In this document: piece by piece, positions 61,860-64,000 of the stretch
How the letters are laid out: each line of letters begins with the position of its first letter
How positions within the stretch are numbered: the stretch's first letter is position 1
Assembly: GCA_963835575.1 (NCBI GenBank)
Contig: CAWIGG010000006.1
Span: 96,001-160,000 of the forward strand
Reading direction: 5' to 3'
DNA: 64,000 nt
Source: an uncultured Spirochaetota bacterium
GTDB lineage: Bacteria; Spirochaetota; Brevinematia; Brevinematales; JAOACQ01
Notes under the pieces: generated by a model
The model's input: only the letters and a program-made list of their open reading frames with translations
Told to the model about the DNA's origin: nothing
Databases searched by the model: none
Program-made: the position numbers and the translations under genes

Positions 61860-62108
61860 ATAAAACTTGCTGAAAAAAGATCATTTTTAGAAAGAAAATG
61901 CCGTTTCGACGGGCTCAATCCATGTATTATAAGTATCCGGCTTTACTCATGGTTGATTGCCCGAAGGCGGATCATTAGTGCGGTGCACCGCGGCCGGGCA
62001 TTCTTCAGCGATGGCAAGGCGATGTCCCGGGCTTGCCGGGGGAAGGGGGGAAGAGCAATGCCCGTGCCGTGCAGGACGCAGTTTCGCCCCCGCTTTGTAT
62101 CGCATAAA

Positions 62109-62741
62109 TCAATGTGTAAAAAAAATGACATTAAAAGCCAAACCAATAAATAGAACACCACAGGCTTTATTTAAAATAAACGATGTTTTTTTATCCTTTC
62201 TGAGAAATCTTAAAATATCTGATGAGAATATGGCAAGTATTAAACACCAGGCAGTTCCTGTGGTAATAAACGTAAAGCCCAGGAATAAAAATGAGAATAC
62301 GCCATAATTATTGATCGGATTTATAAATTGCGGTAAAAAAGCCAGAAAAAACAACGCCACTTTAGGATTTAACAAATTGGTTAAAAAACCCTGACTGAAT
62401 ATCTTGAAATCACTCATTCTATTTTTATTAATCACATTATCTTGAAATAAATCAGAGCTGCTTATAATAGTTTTTATGCCCAAGTAAATTAAATACGCGG
62501 CGCCTGAATATTTAATAATATTAAAAGCTAATGGAGAAACCTTTAATAATGCGGCTAATCCAAGAGCGGTAATTACATTATAACATGACGCACCGGCGCA
62601 AATACCAAGAACAGATAAAATACCGGCTTTTTTTCCTTGAGCGATACTTCTGCCGACAATATAAATAGTATCCTGGCCCGGTGTGATATTTAATAATATT
62701 CCTGCAAGCAAAAAAGCAATATAATTTTGAGTGCCAAACAT
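62109..62741 (-). CDS. LysE family translocator
   Basis: NITPGQD, GAAYLIYLG, GFLTNLLNPKVALFFLAFLPQF (ORF track start 62780). Confidence 0.93.
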   Translation of the reverse strand: MFGTQNYIAFLLAGILLNITPGQDTIYIVGRSIAQGKKAGILSVLGICAGASCYNVITALGLAALLKVSPLAFNIIKYSGAAYLIYLGIKTIISSSDLFQDNVINKNRMSDFKIFSQGFLTNLLNPKVALFFLAFLPQFINPINNYGVFSFLFLGFTFITTGTAWCLILAIFSSDILRFLRKDKKTSFILNKACGVLFIGLAFNVIFFTH

Positions 62742-62789
62742 AAAAACCTCTAAAAAATCGCGGTCAAAATGCCGGCGCAAAGCGGCCGC

Positions 62790-63359
62790 TTAAAGCCTTA
62801 GTTTTTTACTAATTTTTAGTACATTTTCACCCAATATCTCAGCCTGTTTTAATCTTTTTTCCTGTTTTAAAATATCGCCGGGCTCGGACGCGACAGCCGT
62901 CACGCCGTTTAATTCGCCGGGGACGCAGATCATGCCGCATGACAGCATCCAGTTATAAATCGCGTTTATTGTTATCGTCTGGCCGCCGCTGCTTCCGCGT
63001 CCGACCGCCATGGCGCCGCCGGCTTTTCCCCGCAGCGGTCTTTTCATGGAAACTCCATAATGCCTGTCCAATACCGACATCAATTGCGAACTGATGTTCC
63101 GCGAGTAAACCGGACTTGCCACAATTATCGCGTCGCACCAGTCAAACGCGTCATAAAAATAATGCATATCATCTTCAATCCGGCATTTTCCTTCAGCCCG
63201 GCATGTTTCGCATCCGTCACATGGCCCAACTTTCAACTCGCTCATTTTCAAATGCTTTGTTTCCCATCCGTCTTTTTTGAATGGGTTCAGCGCATAATCA
63301 ATCAATACGGCGCTGTTCCCATTTACCCGCGGCGTTCCTGAAATTCCTAAAACATTCAT
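62790..63359 (-). CDS. flavodoxin family / iron-sulfur flavoprotein
   Basis: GISGTPR..GNS, CDGCETC....C..EDDM, ASPVY. Confidence 0.92.
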   Translation of the reverse strand: MNVLGISGTPRVNGNSAVLIDYALNPFKKDGWETKHLKMSELKVGPCDGCETCRAEGKCRIEDDMHYFYDAFDWCDAIIVASPVYSRNISSQLMSVLDRHYGVSMKRPLRGKAGGAMAVGRGSSGGQTITINAIYNWMLSCGMICVPGELNGVTAVASEPGDILKQEKRLKQAEILGENVLKISKKLRL

Positions 63360-63553
63360 TTTTTACCTTCTATATATAATACTTGTTACAAACATAATAC
63401 TTTAATATAAATATTCTGTAAAATCAAGCGGGGAATTAAGCATGATAAAATAGAATTGATTCCGGCAAACCGGTTTATTTGACTATAGCCAGCCTGCTGG
63501 TTATATTACAAACTGATAATTATTATTGTTAATCAATATTATGGAGGCTTTCC

Positions 63554-64000
63554 ATGAAAAATACTATTTCCATTGTCTTCTGCCTGGCCCTGTTCTTTTA
63601 TGCCGCAGGGCTCAATGCTCAAACTAATATCCCGGGATATAAAATAGCCAACCGTTTTCAAATAGAAGGCGGCGGCGGCTGGGACGCACTGACAGTTGAC
63701 AGCGCAAGCGGCAGGGTTTTCCTCTCCCATGGAACCATGGTGCAGGTCCTGGATGAAAAATCCGGAAAGCTGATAGGTACTATTTCCGGAACGCAGGGAG
63801 TCCACGGGATCGCGCTGGCCCCGGATTTCAACAAAGGGTTCACCAGCGACGGCAGGGATAACACCGTCACGGTTTTCAATCTAAAAACACTGGAAATAAT
63901 CGAAAAGATTCCCGTTACCGGCAGCAATCCAGACGCGATCTTCTATGACACATTTTCTCATCTGGTTTTCGTCTTTAACGGCAGAAGCTCAAACGCGACA
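63554..64000 (+). CDS. YncE-like beta-propeller protein (partial, runs off the window)
   Basis: GGAGG RBS; MKNTISIVFCLALFFYAAGLNAQ signal; GGGGWDALTVD..GRVFLSHG, GVHGIA, GFTSDG. Confidence 0.88.
   Translation, partial: MKNTISIVFCLALFFYAAGLNAQTNIPGYKIANRFQIEGGGGWDALTVDSASGRVFLSHGTMVQVLDEKSGKLIGTISGTQGVHGIALAPDFNKGFTSDGRDNTVTVFNLKTLEIIEKIPVTGSNPDAIFYDTFSHLVFVFNGRSSNAT

Overview
Bacterial chromosomal window with about 45 protein genes and no rRNA, tRNA or CRISPR array that I can see. The host is probably a spirochaete, an inference from the lipoprotein repertoire, the LPS heptose genes and an attC-like repeat resembling leptospiral ones. Housekeeping genes include speE with an AdoMetDC-like partner, lemA/DUF2207, a tandem thyX, a kinase-dCMP deaminase fusion, carB, cutA, rfaD/hldE/GT9 and galT. 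Many secreted or lipoprotein genes lie between them. The mobile load is heavy: two matching inverted IS1380-family copies, two IS1182-like elements, one IS66-family element, several MITE/REP-like palindromes and a decayed integron-type cassette array (Mrr, a small membrane protein, a methyltransferase) with no integrase. Three signals stand out. (1) A family of cassettes is bounded by inverted arms made of three tandem 8-10 bp units; two carry a GxxExxY gene (one sits between lemA and the DUF2207 gene), others are empty or nested, and one is the target of an IS1182. (2) An internally duplicated AdoMetDC-like protein appears to split its catalytic residues between two halves as the eukaryotic enzyme does, and it is joined to speE across a +1 frame junction. 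(3) A promoter-operator-terminator unit of about 310 nt has no real ORF and is a candidate structured ncRNA. All calls come from reading the sequence by eye; no database search was run.
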